Shown in pieces: positions 61,385-64,000 of a stretch of 64,000 nt of DNA. This DNA comes from Macrostomum hystrix. Its lineage: Eukaryota > Animalia > Platyhelminthes. Each line of letters opens with the position of its first letter. The stretch's first letter is position 1. The notes beneath the pieces were generated by a model. The model did no database searches and was not told the DNA's origin. It saw only the letters and a list, made by a program, of their open reading frames with translations. The stretch is taken from positions 4,402,001-4,466,000 of the forward strand of contig CATNEN010000005.1 in assembly GCA_950097015.1 (NCBI GenBank), read 5' to 3'. The translations under genes and the position numbers were made by a program.

Positions 61385-62356
61385 GTGTTGCCCAACTGGC
61401 AGGAGTTCACTAGCCGCGAGCCTAAAAAGTTTCGCGATCTGTGCTGGCACGGCGTGCCAAGCAAGCTCAGACCGCAGGTCTGGTTTCGCCTACTTGGCAA
61501 CGAGCTGAGAATCACCGAGGAATTATTCGACATTCACGTCACCAGAGCCAGAGATATGGCTGAGAAGCAGCAATTGAAACGAACTGGCAACAACGGTATT
61601 CCTTCGTCGTCTTCTTCGTCATCCGATATCGTAGAGCGGACAGCGGAGATGAATTCTTTGAAGCTAATATCGCTGGATGTCAGCCGAACCCTGCCAGACA
61701 TTAAGCTATTTCAACGCGGTGGGCCTTATCACGATCGACTATTCGACCTGTTGGCAGCCTATGCCAGCTTCTCGCCGGACACTGGCTACGTACAGGGCAT
61801 GTCCTTCATCTGCGCTGTCTTGCTGCTCAACTGCTCGTCTGATTATTGCGCCTTCGTCTCATTTGCCAATCTGTTAAGCAGGCCCTGTCTTAGGGCGCAT
61901 TATCGATTCGACGAGCGCCACATGCGAGCGTACGAGCTCACATTTGAAGCCTTACTAGGTGAAAATCTGCCAAGATTGTTGAAACACTTTCAATTGCACG
62001 ATTTCCATATGCGGCCGATCCTAACTGACTGGGTATTCACTGTGTTCGCCAAGAATCTGCCCTACGATCTGGCCTGCCGAATCTGGGATATGTTTGTCCA
62101 CGATGGTGACGCATTCTTGTACAGAGCAGCTCTAGGTGTGCTCAGACTGCACGAGACGCGCCTATTAAGCATGGACTATAGCCAGATGATGGAACTATTG
62201 AAGAACCCGCTGCCAGATTTGGACACCGAGTCTCTGTTTGACAATGTGAAAGCTATCGCTATGCGATTGGATAGTCGAGATCCAATGGATTTTGCTGCTC
62301 TATTTGAACAGTGCCTACAAGATCTGAACAGTGATAGAGCATCTCTATCTTCTTGA
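61385..62356 (+). CDS. TBC1D14: TBC1D12/TBC1D14-like RabGAP, exon 3 (TBC domain)
   Basis: Acceptor ttcccag|gtg. Encodes VLPNW...RDLCWHGVPSKLRPQVW...GNEL, the R-finger ISLDVSRT, the Q-finger YVQGMSF, DWVFTVF and LACRIWD, ending at TGA. Confidence 0.97.
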   Translation: MLPNWQEFTSREPKKFRDLCWHGVPSKLRPQVWFRLLGNELRITEELFDIHVTRARDMAEKQQLKRTGNNGIPSSSSSSSDIVERTAEMNSLKLISLDVSRTLPDIKLFQRGGPYHDRLFDLLAAYASFSPDTGYVQGMSFICAVLLLNCSSDYCAFVSFANLLSRPCLRAHYRFDERHMRAYELTFEALLGENLPRLLKHFQLHDFHMRPILTDWVFTVFAKNLPYDLACRIWDMFVHDGDAFLYRAALGVLRLHETRLLSMDYSQMMELLKNPLPDLDTESLFDNVKAIAMRLDSRDPMDFAALFEQCLQDLNSDRASLSS

Positions 62357-62559
62357 TTCTCTCGCTTACTCAATTCATTGGAAGCTCTCTTTTTGTGATG
62401 ATTTTTCTATTTCCGTATATGTTTCAACTGCTCTACTTATAGTAAGCTGCTTTAAAGGAAATGATCAAGTGAAGTTAAAGTTTGCAGTAATGCTTGTCAA
62501 TCTACCCTGGAAAATTTAATGTATGTATCCCTCTTTTGCCCTAGGCGAGTGTCTATGTA

Positions 62560-63110
62560 ACGCATGTTTTCATTTATTTCCCTAGGTGAATAAATCATTT
62601 ATTTCCCGCTGCCCCGTGGGCTGATAAATTCGAGACAACAACCATAGACTAACAAAATTATACTTTTCATTTTTATTACTTAATTTTTCTAGTTCTTTAG
62701 TACTTTAGTTCCCATTGACTTTTTGCTAGTTTGCCCGTGGCAATTACGGGGGATACATACCATATTTCCAGATTATTTTGTTGTTTGGAGGCAAAGGAAC
62801 TCGGTGTCTCGATCATTCAATAATCGAGACACCTCGAGCCTTTGCCCGCTAGACAACAAAATAAATGGGAAATATTATACATGTATTCCCCGTTTGCCCG
62901 CCAACGCAGTCTGTCTTAAAGCATTGCATTTATTCGCCCCGGGAAATAAATGATTTATGGACCGTTTACCATAGACAACTCACAGACGTTTGTGACTCGG
63001 TGCGACATTCATTGACCTCGGCTTCGACTCGGTCAATAAATTTGCGCCTCGAGCCTTCCACCCTAGGGAGCCGAAATGAATGGGAAATATTATACATTTA
63101 TTCCACAGTT
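62560..63110. mobile_element. Palindromic, internally duplicated MITE-like element
   Basis: 18-bp perfect inverted repeat (62591-62608 / 62940-62957), an imperfect ~80-bp-arm hairpin centred near 62815, and direct repeats of aatgggaaatattatacat and cctcgagcct. Confidence 0.5.
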
Positions 63111-63827
63111 TAATGTCGCCGGACCAGAAAAATATTCATCTGTCCTGGCTAGAAAAATTTCAACGGCCGAATAAGTAAATTTATCTGGTCTATGGGTCAA
63201 TGTGGGGAATAAATATTTTTTGATGTATATATCACATGCATATATATTGAACATGTCGATTCTTTTTGTCTGCCGTTCATAGTAAAAAATGCACACACTG
63301 ATCTGCGCACATGTAGGTAAATTTAAATTCCCCACACGAACGCACACAAACGAAAAGTAGATTAGCACTTTACACACTTCACCGCAACTCGCTTAACGCA
63401 TAGCATCTAGCGGAAACATTGTATTTATTTAATAAACTAACTTTTTTTAAGTCTACGCTTTGTGTTACGTGTAGTTTTCAGTTGGCTGTGACTGTATGTA
63501 ATTTTTCTGTACTTATTGTGTATTCGTTTTTACCTGATCTATAATTACTACGATTAATATGATCTCAGACTGATAATTAAGACTCCACTTTTTAGAACAC
63601 TGTGCAACTATTCTCTCTGTCGCTAAATTAGCTCACGATTTTTTCATTGAAATAAGTTTTTTGTGCCTTCCATCACTGAGCTGTCACCGCATTGTAGCTG
63701 CTTGCATTCACTTCAACTGATGCTCATCTCGTATATCATTTGTTGCGTCTAAGATGATTTCAATCAGTTATTATTTTAAATCCTGGGATTGCTGGTAAAA
63801 ACTTTTAGTTACAAAGCTACCTATCTT

Positions 63828-64000
63828 TAGACTTCGCCTGTATCGACCTGTCTTTAGTCTTCACCTGTATCGACCTGTCTTTAGTCTTCACCTGTATCGA
63901 CCTGTCTTTAGTCTTCACCTGTATCGACCTGTCTTTAGTCTTCACCTGTATCGACCTGTCTTTTGTCTTCACCTGTATCGACCTGTCTTTAGTCTTCGCC
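63828..64000. repeat. 27-bp minisatellite (gtcttcacctgtatcgacctgtcttta), continues past the window end
   Basis: 27-bp period. Confidence 0.95.

Overview
Eukaryotic (metazoan) genomic DNA with short GT-AG introns, no prokaryotic gene organisation, and roughly one third of the window in about 27 mostly unrelated mini/microsatellite arrays. The style (intron-poor genes, polyA/polyQ/polyH tracts, dense minisatellites, splice acceptors just upstream of start codons) resembles a free-living flatworm such as Macrostomum; this is inference only. Genes reconstructed by hand from splice sites: (1) the last two exons of an unidentified + strand gene (721-1144, 1806-1917; ends NYEEIFTVV*); (2) an intronless stomatin/MEC-2-like SPFH gene (- strand, 22516-23859); (3) a 4-5 exon, ~1540-1576 aa protein with ~25-27 ankyrin repeats fused to a Mab-21/cGAS-like nucleotidyltransferase with an apparently intact catalytic triad, plus an unrecognised C-terminal domain (+, 34829-40050), which is the most interesting element; (4) a class IIa histone deacetylase, HDAC4/5/7-like (+, 43405-50478, 5 exons, 905 aa); (5) a TBC1D12/14-like RabGAP (+, 55956-62356, 3 exons, 675 aa). 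Two tRNA-derived SINE families are present (7 and 4 copies or fragments). Other features are an inverted pair of 29-bp minisatellite arrays, a 3.4-kb array mostly built of perfect Kozak motifs, a TF-motif cluster upstream of the ANK-cGLR gene, a CpG desert and a palindromic MITE-like element. Most long ORFs in the supplied track are artefacts of tandem repeats. All counts and alignments are manual.
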